Origin: a virus
Taxonomy: Duplodnaviria; Heunggongvirae; Uroviricota; Caudoviricetes
Virus record (IMG/VR): IMGVR_UViG_2541046997_000001
Span: 35,307-99,306 of that record
Length of the DNA: 64,000 nt
Strand: one strand, 5' to 3'
Of this stretch, positions 40,045-49,233 are shown piece after piece (position 1 is the first letter of the stretch; each line of letters begins with the position of its first letter). The position numbers and the translations under genes were made by a program. The notes under the pieces are model-generated. The model was not told the origin of the DNA, did not search any database, and worked only from the letters and a program-made list of their open reading frames with translations.

Positions 40045-40146
40045 AATGAGAAAATAATATGTACTAGATATATTCCAACACTGTAAGAAAAACTTGCGAT
40101 GTATTGAAAAATACTTTATAATAAGTAAAGGAAAGAGGGTGATCTT

Positions 40147-40650
40147 GTGAGTAACGCAATTATAACAGATATGTCAGGTGCATATATTGAGCACTCGGAA
40201 ATTATCACAAATTTTGTTGCTACTGTATACAGTCAGTTAAAAGGAAATATCTGCCGTGTATATCCGGACAATGTTCAATATAAATGGACTATAGGGGACG
40301 AGGAAAAAATTGTTATTCCTGATGCCTCTATAAATTGTCGTGTACATGCTAAAAAGGGGAATTCGTTTTTCGATATTCCACGTTTTGTCATGGAGGTTCT
40401 TTCTCCGTCTACGGAAAAATATGACCGTACGGAAAAGATGGAATTATACAGACAACAGGAAATTGATGAATACTGGATTGTAGACTGGAGAAAAAGACAA
40501 GTAGAAATCTATACACTTGACTATGACAGCGAAGGAAATCCAGAATATTACTTACTTAATACAGTGACGGAAGAGAACAAGAGCGAATTATATATTGTAC
40601 ATTTTCCGCATGTTAAGATCACTTTTGACGAATTATTTAATATAGACTAG
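40147..40650 (+). CDS. Uma2-family (DUF820-like) endonuclease
   Basis: IPDASI...PRFVMEVLSPSTEKYDRTEKMELY...IDEYWIVD. Confidence 0.9.
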   Translation: MSNAIITDMSGAYIEHSEIITNFVATVYSQLKGNICRVYPDNVQYKWTIGDEEKIVIPDASINCRVHAKKGNSFFDIPRFVMEVLSPSTEKYDRTEKMELYRQQEIDEYWIVDWRKRQVEIYTLDYDSEGNPEYYLLNTVTEENKSELYIVHFPHVKITFDELFNID

Positions 40651-40663
40651 GAGGTGTAGGAAA

Positions 40664-40876
40664 ATAATAACACTAGACGAGCAGATCAGATCAGCAATGT
40701 TGCATGCTGGTATTAATATAACAGAGCTTGCGGACAGATTCGGTATATCTCAACCGAATATGACACAACGATTAAAAAGAGGAAAATTCACAAAAGAAGA
40801 GCTTCAAAAGATAGCTAATATATTAGGATGTGAATATATTTCAGAATTTAGATTTTCAGATGGTCATAAGTATTAG
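40664..40876 (+). CDS. XRE-family HTH regulator; probable ATA start (missed by ORF track)
   Basis: Manual translation ITLDEQIRSAMLHAGINITELADRFGISQPNMTQRLKRGKFTKEELQKIANILGCEY; RBS GGAGGTG 7 nt before ATA. Confidence 0.8.
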   Translation: MITLDEQIRSAMLHAGINITELADRFGISQPNMTQRLKRGKFTKEELQKIANILGCEYISEFRFSDGHKY

Positions 40877-40917
40877 GCATTATGTTAAAAGCATAGTGTC
40901 TTTTTTTTATAATTAAA

Positions 40918-41002
40918 CATAATGAAATAATTATGAAAATAATATAAAAGTATTGACATAACGAAAAAATTATGATACATTAAGCGTAACGAAAAACTTA
41001 TA
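40918..41002 (+). promoter_or_regulatory. SigA-type promoter with three palindromic operators
   Basis: TTGACA(40953)-17-TACATT; CATAA-N8-TTATG at 40918 and 40957, variant at 40985. Confidence 0.75.
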
Positions 41003-41166
41003 TAAAATAGTTTTAAGTTATGAGTACCTTGAAAATTTTACATTGTAAATCAAATACAGCGCACTTATACGAGCAGATAACACTGTTTAAGTACAGAACT
41101 TTTATAAGCGGAAAATCAGCAAGTGAATTAAGGGAATAAACCGTAAACAGGCTGTGCTGTATGATG

Positions 41167-41218
41167 TTCTAGTCTATCGGTAAAAGTCCGATACTGACGA
41201 GCAAGAGCGAAACTAGAA
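41167..41218 (+). ncRNA. Type III hammerhead ribozyme
   Basis: TTCTAG-TC-TATCGG(taaaagt)CCGATA-CTGACGA-GC(aaga)GC-GAAA-CTAGAA; predicted cleavage after C41174 (GUC). Confidence 0.85.
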
Positions 41219-41259
41219 GAGAATAACAAAGCAGATATATAAAAGAAAGGTTAAAAACT

Positions 41260-41529
41260 ATGAATGAAAAATACTTAAAACATACAGTGGAAAATCTGAT
41301 TGAATTTGTAAATGATTTAACATTTATTGACACAACAAAAAATAACTATGTTCAAGCTATTAACGCACTTAAAACGGCAGAATCATTGATTGATTTTTAT
41401 AAAAATGAATTATATGAATTAGAAGGAGAAATTGCTGATTTAAAAGTAAAAGTTGGAAAAATGTTATTTGATGAAATGGTTAATGACTGTAGAGAAACAG
41501 TTGAAGATTTAACAGGACTTGTATTTTAA
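41260..41529 (+). CDS. Hypothetical protein
   Basis: ORF track; RBS AAAGG. Confidence 0.7.
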   Translation: MNEKYLKHTVENLIEFVNDLTFIDTTKNNYVQAINALKTAESLIDFYKNELYELEGEIADLKVKVGKMLFDEMVNDCRETVEDLTGLVF

Positions 41530-41553
41530 GAAAGGTTAAAAAAGGTGGAAATT

Positions 41554-42102
41554 ATGAAGAGAAGCAAATTATACGGAACAACATTTTGTGGAAATGAAGC
41601 AAGCGACTACGCAAAAGAGCAAGGGTATCTTGACTATGCAACATTTGCAAAAGCATTTGATGCCGTGCTGAATAATAGTATTATGGAAAATACTTGTGAG
41701 GTCGGATTTTGGGAGCAAGAAAATGGAATTATTGATAATTCTGAAGAAATCAATGAACTTAATGAAAAAGAAGAAGAATTATCAGTGGCTCTTTCAAATA
41801 TGGTAGACGAAGGAAAAGACGATTCTAAAGAATATCAAGAAATAGAAAAAGAGCGCAATGAAATTGTAACACAAATTGAAAATCTTGAAGAAGAGCAGGA
41901 ACAGTCATATAATCAAGATATTTTTCAATATTTTATTGTATCTGACCAGGGAGTGGAAATGATTAAACAGTATACAGATGATCCACTGTTTTATAACGAA
42001 ACTCTCGATATGTACGTTTGGGGAATCACACACTTTGGAACAAGTTGGAACTATGTTTTAACAGATGTTAAGTTAAATTGTGGGCAAGAAGCATTTGAAT
42101 AA
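41554..42102 (+). CDS. Acidic hypothetical early protein
   Basis: DIFQYFIVSD...MYVWGITHFGTSWNYVLT core with a Glu-rich coiled-coil insert. Confidence 0.7.
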   Translation: MKRSKLYGTTFCGNEASDYAKEQGYLDYATFAKAFDAVLNNSIMENTCEVGFWEQENGIIDNSEEINELNEKEEELSVALSNMVDEGKDDSKEYQEIEKERNEIVTQIENLEEEQEQSYNQDIFQYFIVSDQGVEMIKQYTDDPLFYNETLDMYVWGITHFGTSWNYVLTDVKLNCGQEAFE

Positions 42103-42115
42103 GGAGGTTTAAACT

Positions 42116-42289
42116 ATGACGAGAAAATTTTTAAGACGTGTTGTCAGTGAATCAATTATTGATACACGGAAATACAGATATACATATAATGCCGGAAATG
42201 GAAACATTGAACGGCTACAACTGAATAAATTGAATACGACAGAAGCGATATCTAGTTGGGAAATAGTAGGAAATATTAAGCATTTATAA
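42116..42289 (+). CDS. Small hypothetical protein (57 aa, missed by ORF track)
   Basis: MTRKFLRRVVSESIIDTRKYRY...; RBS AAGGAGG. Confidence 0.7.
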   Translation: MTRKFLRRVVSESIIDTRKYRYTYNAGNGNIERLQLNKLNTTEAISSWEIVGNIKHL

Positions 42290-42304
42290 AAGGAGAATCA
42301 AAGA

Positions 42305-42598
42305 ATGGAAGTAACAACAATGTACAACGGAAAGATCTTATATAAAGAGGAATATTACAGCACAGAGCAGACTAGAGAAATTATCTCTCGACAGCTCAAG
42401 AAGAGAGAAGAGCGGAAACGGCAGAAAGCAAAACAGAAAATCAAAGAACTGATAATCAGATTATGCGGAATCATTGTGATCTTTAGCATGTTTTTCGTTG
42501 GAAAATTATTTTCTAATGATCCGGTGGACGTGGGAGGTCATATTGTTTTAGGTGTAACCGGAATCTTACTCGCAAGATTTCCACAGTTATTTATTTGA
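42305..42598 (+). CDS. Two-TM membrane protein
   Basis: Basic N-terminus, two hydrophobic C-terminal helices. Confidence 0.7.
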   Translation: MEVTTMYNGKILYKEEYYSTEQTREIISRQLKKREERKRQKAKQKIKELIIRLCGIIVIFSMFFVGKLFSNDPVDVGGHIVLGVTGILLARFPQLFI

Positions 42599-42695
42599 AT
42601 ATTTGTAAGCAGTTAGAAGGCATTAGTTATTATACTGATGTCTTTTATAGTGCTTATAAATAGGCATTAAAAAGGAAATAAAGGAGAATAAAAAG

Positions 42696-43622
42696 ATGAA
42701 AAGAGCATATTTGACAGCAAAGGAAGTAGAAGAAAAATTGACAGCACTCAGAACATTGAGAGGCTATGAAACTGTTACGGAAATCAAAATCAACGAAGAC
42801 AAGGTTGAAGAAGCAAAAGCAAAGCGCGGAAATGGAGATAAAACAATCATTTCAGTCAATCCTATTTTAGTACATATTCCGGAATGGCAAAGAATGTTGA
42901 ACGTAAGAAGAGCCGAAGACATCGGGAAGAATTATGATCCTTATAAGTGGGAACTGCCGAAAGTAGTATATAAAGATGGTTTATTCATCGTGATTGACGG
43001 GATGCACAGATTATATGGTGCTGCTATGGCAGATATGAGAATGATTCAAGTAGAAGTTTTGGTCGGAATTACGGAAGAAAGAGCGATCAACCTGTTTCTT
43101 GACCAGGGGAAAGACAGAGGAAGAATGACTTTGCAAGATTCATATGGCGCAGCTATTGAAGCGGGCAGACCAGAATATATTAGATTAAAAGAAATTTGTG
43201 ACAAGAATCACGTTGCGATTAAGGGTGATCAGAAATCAATCAAGAATCCAGTAGGACTTTTGACATCCATTTCAGACGGCTTAAGACTTGCGAGAAGCAA
43301 TCCGGAATTATTAGACAGAATCCTTCAGATTTTAGGAAAATTACAATGGAATGCAGGAAAATCTATCCATGAAGGGAAAGCGTACAGCGCAAAAGTAATT
43401 AGAGTATTCAACAAGCTATATGCTTATTATGCAGGAAAAGAAGATAGACTGGAGGAAATATTGATTAATAATTGCAAAGGAAGTACATATTTCAACACTA
43501 ATATTTCTGATAAATGGCAGGATACGTTGTTTGATTTTCTTTCTGGTGTGATTGAAAAGAATATTAATATCCCAACTATCGGAAAGAAGCGCACTACTAG
43601 AAGAACGTCAAGAACAGCATAG
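42696..43622 (+). CDS. ParB/Srx-like N-domain protein
   Basis: EWQR...WELPKVV...FIVIDGMHRL. Confidence 0.7.
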   Translation: MKRAYLTAKEVEEKLTALRTLRGYETVTEIKINEDKVEEAKAKRGNGDKTIISVNPILVHIPEWQRMLNVRRAEDIGKNYDPYKWELPKVVYKDGLFIVIDGMHRLYGAAMADMRMIQVEVLVGITEERAINLFLDQGKDRGRMTLQDSYGAAIEAGRPEYIRLKEICDKNHVAIKGDQKSIKNPVGLLTSISDGLRLARSNPELLDRILQILGKLQWNAGKSIHEGKAYSAKVIRVFNKLYAYYAGKEDRLEEILINNCKGSTYFNTNISDKWQDTLFDFLSGVIEKNINIPTIGKKRTTRRTSRTA

Positions 43623-43710
43623 CCTATATTACATATTTTACGGCTGATACTTGTCAAAGGGTATCGGCTGATTTTAGAAACAGTTTGAAAATGAAGAGAA
43701 GGATAGAGAA

Positions 43711-43944
43711 ATGACAAAAGAAATCGTATTGAAAAATCTCCGTACTTTGATAGGAAGAAAGTTTGATCAAAATGAGGTAATTTGTGCTTTTGAGGATTTT
43801 GAAGAGGATGGCGAAACTAATATTGTTGTATCTGATAGTGATAATACTGGATATGACAAGATTGCTTACATTAATAGGGTGGGTGCAACAGGATTTTATT
43901 TTGATCTTAATAAAGAAAGAATAGTTGACGTTTGGATGAAATAG
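43711..43944 (+). CDS. Hypothetical protein
   Basis: ORF track. Confidence 0.65.
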   Translation: MTKEIVLKNLRTLIGRKFDQNEVICAFEDFEEDGETNIVVSDSDNTGYDKIAYINRVGATGFYFDLNKERIVDVWMK

Positions 43945-43982
43945 AGAAGCAATAATAATGTCAAGAACAGGAGAATGAATAG

Positions 43983-44378
43983 ATGTTTAAATTTATTAGC
44001 AAATTTGAATCAGATGGAAAAGATTTTTATATCGTAAGAACAAAAGGTGAGTTTCTATACTTACAGAATGGGAATACAGGAAAGTATGGGGGAACTACCA
44101 CAGAAATAAATGGATTAAAGAATGATTTTGTTGGGGGATTGAAGATGAATAGAATAGAATTTAAAGAATCGAAAGAGTATAAAGATGCAGTAGAAAAAAT
44201 CAAAAGTTATCCTAAAAGGTTTAAATTTACGCTGCCGTATTACAAGATGACAAAAGGACAGAAAAACGCAATGCACATTATTACAGATGATTGTATAAAG
44301 AAGAAAATTATTGATAGTGTCTCATTTGGTTTGGACTTAACTGGAAACATAACAGAAGAAACATTTATCAGATTGTAG
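43983..44378 (+). CDS. Hypothetical fusion; C-terminal 77 aa paralogous to 46587-46820
   Basis: Internal ATG at 44146 begins MNRIEFKESKEYKDAVEKIKSY. Confidence 0.7.
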   Translation: MFKFISKFESDGKDFYIVRTKGEFLYLQNGNTGKYGGTTTEINGLKNDFVGGLKMNRIEFKESKEYKDAVEKIKSYPKRFKFTLPYYKMTKGQKNAMHIITDDCIKKKIIDSVSFGLDLTGNITEETFIRL

Positions 44379-44438
44379 GAATAAAAAGATAATTTCAAAT
44401 TAATTTATTAGAATAACGAATAAAGCGAGGAGAATAAT

Positions 44439-44628
44439 ATGAGCTGGAAAGTAATAGTTGATATTTCACCAAAAACGATACAGGGCACAAAAGATTGTCA
44501 CAAATATGTTTTTGATGTATATAAAACAAAAAAAAGAAGCATGTGAAGTTAGAGATAGAATAAATTTGATTGGCGATATGGGAAAGGCTTATGTAGAAAA
44601 TCAACGGAGGAAAAATAAGAATGTTTAG
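44439..44628 (+). pseudogene. Small gene with +1 frameshift in an A8 run (44528-44535)
   Basis: RBS GAGGAG; removing one A restores YKTKKEACEVRDRINL...NV. Confidence 0.55.
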
Positions 44629-44953
44629 ATTGTATAAATTAGAAACTGAAAAAAGAAACAAATCAAATTTAGAAACAATCTATGACTATTTAGATTTATA
44701 TAATGGTCACCTGGGCTATATGTTATTAGCAGAAGTGAAAACAGAACAAGAGTTTAATTCCATTGTTATTAATTTTATAGAAAAATGGAAATTAGGAGAG
44801 AACAAAATTACTGCACTTGTAATAGAAGATATGGATGAAAATGTAATTGATATCCTGTATGAAACAGAAAATATGGAACTTAAATGGTCTGAAAATAATG
44901 TTACTAAAAATTTTATTCATAATTTCAAATGGAGAAAACCGTATGAGAATTAA
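44621..44953 (+). CDS. Hypothetical protein
   Basis: ORF track; RBS GGAGG. Confidence 0.7.
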   Translation: MFRLYKLETEKRNKSNLETIYDYLDLYNGHLGYMLLAEVKTEQEFNSIVINFIEKWKLGENKITALVIEDMDENVIDILYETENMELKWSENNVTKNFIHNFKWRKPYEN

Positions 44954-45116
44954 ATTAGAAATGGGAGAATGGATTATCGATGATGAATATTTTATCACAA
45001 ACGGATTAAACGGATATGAAGTATATACCTGTGGAAGTGAAGATAGCGAAGCTAAAGAAGTATATGCAAGCGAATCTTTTGAAGAGTGTTTGACATGGAT
45101 TTACAACAGTTTATAG
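44943..45116 (+). CDS. Hypothetical protein
   Basis: RBS GGAG before ATG at 44943. Confidence 0.65.
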   Translation: MRIKLEMGEWIIDDEYFITNGLNGYEVYTCGSEDSEAKEVYASESFEECLTWIYNSL

Positions 45117-45127
45117 AGGAGAATCGC

Positions 45128-45355
45128 ATGAGAATTCATTTATTTTGGATTGATAATAATTGGAGAAAAACAGGAGGAACGGCAAATAACTATAACCTTA
45201 TTATCGATATGGAAAATAAAATATATAAACAGTTTGTCGATCCCTTTTATGGGTATTATAAAGCAGATGATATAGAAGTTAAAAGAAAATCTGATATTGT
45301 AGATTACATAAAATACTTAAAAGACAATGATTTTAAAGAAGTAGAAAAAATTTAA
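45128..45355 (+). CDS. Hypothetical protein
   Basis: RBS GAGGAG before ATG at 45128. Confidence 0.7.
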   Translation: MRIHLFWIDNNWRKTGGTANNYNLIIDMENKIYKQFVDPFYGYYKADDIEVKRKSDIVDYIKYLKDNDFKEVEKI

Positions 45356-45400
45356 AGAGTAAATGAAAGCACGATTTTGTATGGAAGTATATAGGAGGAA

Positions 45401-45856
45401 ATGGAAATGGAAATCAAGAAAGAGATAAAAATAATTGAACAGGAAATCACGACATATATATCAGAAGATGGAAAAATATTCTCAACAAAACTTGATTGCT
45501 TAAAATACGAAGAAGAAGTGGAAAATAAGGATAGAATAAAAGAAGCGGAGAAATTGAGAATTGAAAAATTAGACAATATGATTCCCATAAATGATGATGC
45601 ACTGCCTAATGACAATAATTGTTTTTACTGGTACAAGTTGAATACAAAAGAAGATTTTGAAATTCTTATTAAGGCATACAGAAACGGTAACCTTGACGAA
45701 CCAGAGCATTTTCCAACTTTATATTGTGTGGAAACGTGCGGTTACAAACCATACGAAGATGAATCATACAGTTATGATTTAGCAACATGCAAAACATGTA
45801 CTGAAAAATTTTGGGAAGAACTTGGATACAAGGTAGTGCTTACAAAGAAACATTAA
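45401..45856 (+). CDS. Hypothetical protein
   Basis: ORF track; YISEDGKIF..KLDCLKYE pattern. Confidence 0.7.
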   Translation: MEMEIKKEIKIIEQEITTYISEDGKIFSTKLDCLKYEEEVENKDRIKEAEKLRIEKLDNMIPINDDALPNDNNCFYWYKLNTKEDFEILIKAYRNGNLDEPEHFPTLYCVETCGYKPYEDESYSYDLATCKTCTEKFWEELGYKVVLTKKH

Positions 45857-46029
45857 GAACTTAGTAGAAATAGAACATTTAATAGAATGAAAGAACGCTT
45901 TCATAGGAGGAAAACATGACAATTAAACAATTATTAGAAAATGGTATGGAAAATAATATGGAAGAACTGAAACGGTATCCAGAAAATTGTTATTATGATA
46001 TAAGCGATATTACAGAAGGAGATGTATAG

Positions 46030-46383
46030 ATGGGTGAAATTGCGGATGATGCAAGAGAGGATGAGTTTAATAATTGGTTTTCCTTGTCTGAAACAGAGAG
46101 GGAGAAGTATAAGGCTGAATCTAGGCTGGATAAAGCCTTATATAATTTAAGAGTAGCTCAAAATTATGATAACACTGTATGGAAAGATAGGAATGGAAAT
46201 GTAACAAGTTTTCTTGATATGGATGGTTTTCATTTATGGAATGTCAGAACATTTATTCTGAGATCTCATAACAGAGGTTTACAAAATAAATTGATGTATA
46301 TTGATTTAGCCTTAGCCAAACTTAATTATACAGTAGATGATTATAGAAAAGATTGTGAAAGGCTTAAAAAAGAGAATATGTAG
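46030..46383 (+). CDS. Hypothetical protein
   Basis: ORF track; WKDRNGNVTSFLDMDGFHLWN. Confidence 0.7.
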   Translation: MGEIADDAREDEFNNWFSLSETEREKYKAESRLDKALYNLRVAQNYDNTVWKDRNGNVTSFLDMDGFHLWNVRTFILRSHNRGLQNKLMYIDLALAKLNYTVDDYRKDCERLKKENM

Positions 46384-46393
46384 AGCTATATGT

Positions 46394-46576
46394 ATGAGTT
46401 CATTAACATTGGCAAATAGAATATTTAACTGTTTATCTAATAGATATAATGCTGATGAGCATATGAAAGAAATAGTTACAGCTTTGTACGATGAGCTATC
46501 CCAAATTCCTGGAGATAACTTTGTGAAAGCTGCATTGGCAAGATTATGTGAAAGAATAGAAGAATTAGAAACGTAG
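46394..46576 (+). CDS. Hypothetical protein
   Basis: ORF track; start uncertain. Confidence 0.55.
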   Translation: MSSLTLANRIFNCLSNRYNADEHMKEIVTALYDELSQIPGDNFVKAALARLCERIEELET

Positions 46577-46586
46577 AAGGAGAATT

Positions 46587-46820
46587 ATGAATAGAGAAGA
46601 ATTTAGAGGATTAAAAGAGTATAAAGAGTCAGTCGAAAAAATAAAAAGCTACTTAAAAGGTTTTGCGTTTACTATTCCTTATTACAAAATGACAAAAGCG
46701 CAGCAGAACGCAATGAACATTATTACACATGATTGTATTAAAGATAGAATAATTGAAAGTATATCTATTGGAGTCAGTTTGGAAGGGAAGATTACAGAAG
46801 AAACATTTATGAAATTGTAA
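46587..46820 (+). CDS. Hypothetical protein, paralog of the 43983-44378 C-terminus
   Basis: MNREEFRGLKEYKESVEKIKSY...PYYKMTK..QNAM.IIT.DCIK..II.S.S.G..L.G.ITEETF..L. Confidence 0.75.
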   Translation: MNREEFRGLKEYKESVEKIKSYLKGFAFTIPYYKMTKAQQNAMNIITHDCIKDRIIESISIGVSLEGKITEETFMKL

Positions 46821-46834
46821 AGGAGAGTTGAAAA

Positions 46835-47099
46835 GTGAAGAACGTAAAAGAAAATCAATTAAAAAAATGTATTTGTAAAAAAATATGAAGAATTTAAACA
46901 CGATGTATTAAGCGCTTTTGGGAGTGAGGTAGAAGTTTTTTGCGATTGTGATGGAATTTATTTTGAGTGTAAATGGAATGGAGATGCGCTTTGCACAGAA
47001 GAAGTTTTAGCAGGAATGTCAAAATACTATGATGTAGAAGTTACTTCTATACATATGGATGATTGTGAATTACTTGGTGTTTGGATTTGTTATAAGTAG
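46835..47099 (+). pseudogene. Gene with +1 frameshift in an A7 run (46877-46883)
   Basis: RBS AAGGAG; removing one A gives one ORF ending LGVWICYK. Confidence 0.6.
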
Positions 47100-47130
47100 T
47101 AGTGGTAGATTTTATGTGGAGGAAAGCGTT

Positions 47131-47490
47131 ATGACATTAAGAGAATATTTAAAAGAGCTGAAAATAAATCAAATTGAAGATGACGAAGAGTTTTGTGATA
47201 AAGAACATGATGCAATTATGAATTATTGTACAGAACGGAAATTCTTAATCACAGATAATGACTTAGCATGTATTGTTAATCGTGGTTTAAACGAATCCTA
47301 TGAATTCCAGCGCGCAGAATATATTGAAAACTTATAGTTAGAATTTGGAGATATACCAATGAATCCAGATACTGAATGTATTGAGGAAGAATGGAACGGA
47401 TTCGCAGCAGGAACTCATAGGGAGGAAGTCTGGTCGTGGTTTGAAGAAACTTATGGTGTTAGTGTTGCGAAAGACTTGATGGGATTATAG
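47131..47490 (+). pseudogene. Gene interrupted by an in-frame TAG at 47335
   Basis: Frame continues after the TAG as LEFGDIPMNPDTECIEEEWNGFAAGTHREEVWSWFEE. Confidence 0.65.
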
Positions 47491-47502
47491 GAGGAAAAGA
47501 TT

Positions 47503-47784
47503 ATGGCAAAATATATCGTAGATTATTACCAAAGATGCAGCAAATCGTATGAAATTGAAGCTAATAGTAAAGAAGAAGCAAAAGAAATCCTTTTAAGAAA
47601 TATTGAAAGCGGATTGGAATATGAACCAAAATGTTTTAATTGCGAAGAGGAAATATTTGAAATAGAAGAGGTAAACGAAACATGTCTAATTGATGGCGTA
47701 ACAGAATGTTGCGGATATGATTTTGGTACAGATATGGATAAAGCAAGATTTTGTCCTATATGTGGAAAGAAAATTATTGGATAA
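47503..47784 (+). CDS. Small protein with C-terminal zinc ribbon
   Basis: ECCGY...FCPICGKKI. Confidence 0.7.
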   Translation: MAKYIVDYYQRCSKSYEIEANSKEEAKEILLRNIESGLEYEPKCFNCEEEIFEIEEVNETCLIDGVTECCGYDFGTDMDKARFCPICGKKIIG

Positions 47785-47819
47785 AATCAGGATTTTATGA
47801 CAGGAAGAGGTGGAATAAT

Positions 47820-48152
47820 ATGACATGTAATTATTTTGAATATAGAGAAATGACAGATAAATTATTTTATGGAGTTGCACTAACTGATTCTCATTTAGAT
47901 AATGCAACAAAGAAAATACAGAATTATTTTGTGTATGGTGGAGCTGAAAATATTCTGAAGCAGCTAAAAATTGGAATAAGAGTCATAACTATGAAAACTA
48001 CATTACCGTCAACAGAGATCATAAGGAGGCGTTTTGTATATCTTGACGATAGACACAAAGGAGAGGAATTAACTATAAGAGAAATTGAAAATATCGGAAT
48101 GTTTTTAAAACATGGTGCGATGTACAGAATGTATGATTCTAATACTTTGTAG
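47820..48152 (+). CDS. Hypothetical protein
   Basis: RBS GAGGTGG before ATG at 47820. Confidence 0.65.
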   Translation: MTCNYFEYREMTDKLFYGVALTDSHLDNATKKIQNYFVYGGAENILKQLKIGIRVITMKTTLPSTEIIRRRFVYLDDRHKGEELTIREIENIGMFLKHGAMYRMYDSNTL

Positions 48153-48318
48153 AATAAAGTGGGAATTTGATTGAATGAAGGGATAAATATGAGAGAAGTA
48201 ATTTATAAAATGATTTATTTTGATGGAGCATGGTTTTATCAAAGAATTTCAGACGGAAAACTTATTAAGAGAATTTATCTATAATAGAAGGAAACTTTAT
48301 GGAATAGAGGAAGTTGAT

Positions 48319-48551
48319 ATGATTAAAGAAGAATTTTAAATTACATAATTGATTTTGCGGCAAATACATTATGGAGCGAATTTAATGCAAGAGAGCAGTT
48401 AAGGGCATTATTTACCTCATATTGTCTCATTTATGGAGTGGATGCTGATACAAAGGAATGCGATGATATTTTATACATAATCAGAGAAGCGCTAGAATTT
48501 CAGGCAGATGTCGAGGAATTTGAACAGTATATAATTGAGTTGATTGTATAG
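48319..48551 (+). pseudogene. Gene with -1 frameshift in a T run (48334-48337)
   Basis: Adding one T restores MIKEEFLNYIIDFAANTLWSEFNAREQLRALFTSYC...ELIV. Confidence 0.6.
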
Positions 48552-48564
48552 AGGGGATTTTAAA

Positions 48565-48771
48565 ATGAAATACAACAAAGAAAGTTATATTGGGAAAGAA
48601 ATTCAGCTTTACCCAGGAGATACATATAAAAAATATGGAATCATTGAAAATGTGGATGATTTAGGATGGACAATTAGAATAACTGATATGCAGGAGGACT
48701 ATAGTTCTTCATACAAAATAGGAGATAGAGTTTTTATTAGTCACTCAAAACCATTTAATTTCAGATTTTAG
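48565..48771 (+). CDS. Hypothetical protein
   Basis: RBS GAGGGG. Confidence 0.7.
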   Translation: MKYNKESYIGKEIQLYPGDTYKKYGIIENVDDLGWTIRITDMQEDYSSSYKIGDRVFISHSKPFNFRF

Positions 48772-48818
48772 AGGATTAAGTTGAAACTCGTATTTCTTAG
48801 GAAGAAAGGATAATCACT

Positions 48819-49097
48819 ATGAAGAAGACTAACAATAGGCTGATTTGTCTCACATCAGGAATGCTAGGCGAATTTGAAATTATTAAAACAAATGCTACGG
48901 ATGGATTGATTGAAGAGCAGTTGCATTTGAATTGCCGGAAAGAAGTAGATGGAGAAAAAATTGATGAAGAGTATAGTTTGATAGAAGATTATGGATATAC
49001 AGTTGAACTTATAGGAAACCATTCTTCTATGAATGATATACCAGATGAAGTAAGTAATACTTTTGATTGGTATGATTATTATCCGGAGGAGGTATAA
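48819..49097 (+). CDS. Hypothetical acidic protein
   Basis: ORF track. Confidence 0.7.
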   Translation: MKKTNNRLICLTSGMLGEFEIIKTNATDGLIEEQLHLNCRKEVDGEKIDEEYSLIEDYGYTVELIGNHSSMNDIPDEVSNTFDWYDYYPEEV

Positions 49098-49233
49098 GAA
49101 TATGGAATAGCTATATGATAGTTTTAATAGAAGAAAGTCGCATTTCAACAGATAAGAAAATAAAATGATCTAAAAGCATTCAGAGAACATATCTTTGGGT
49201 GCTATTTTAATGTGAAAAAGGAGGTGTGATGAT

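Noticed and set aside
41085-41135. Twister-like words (TAACACT...AAGTG...AGGG)
   Set aside because: I could not assemble the conserved twister core or P2/P4; needs cmscan.
47335-47337. Stop-codon reassignment or amber suppression
   Set aside because: TAG ends many intact genes normally, no suppressor tRNA is present, and this is a single in-frame TAG.
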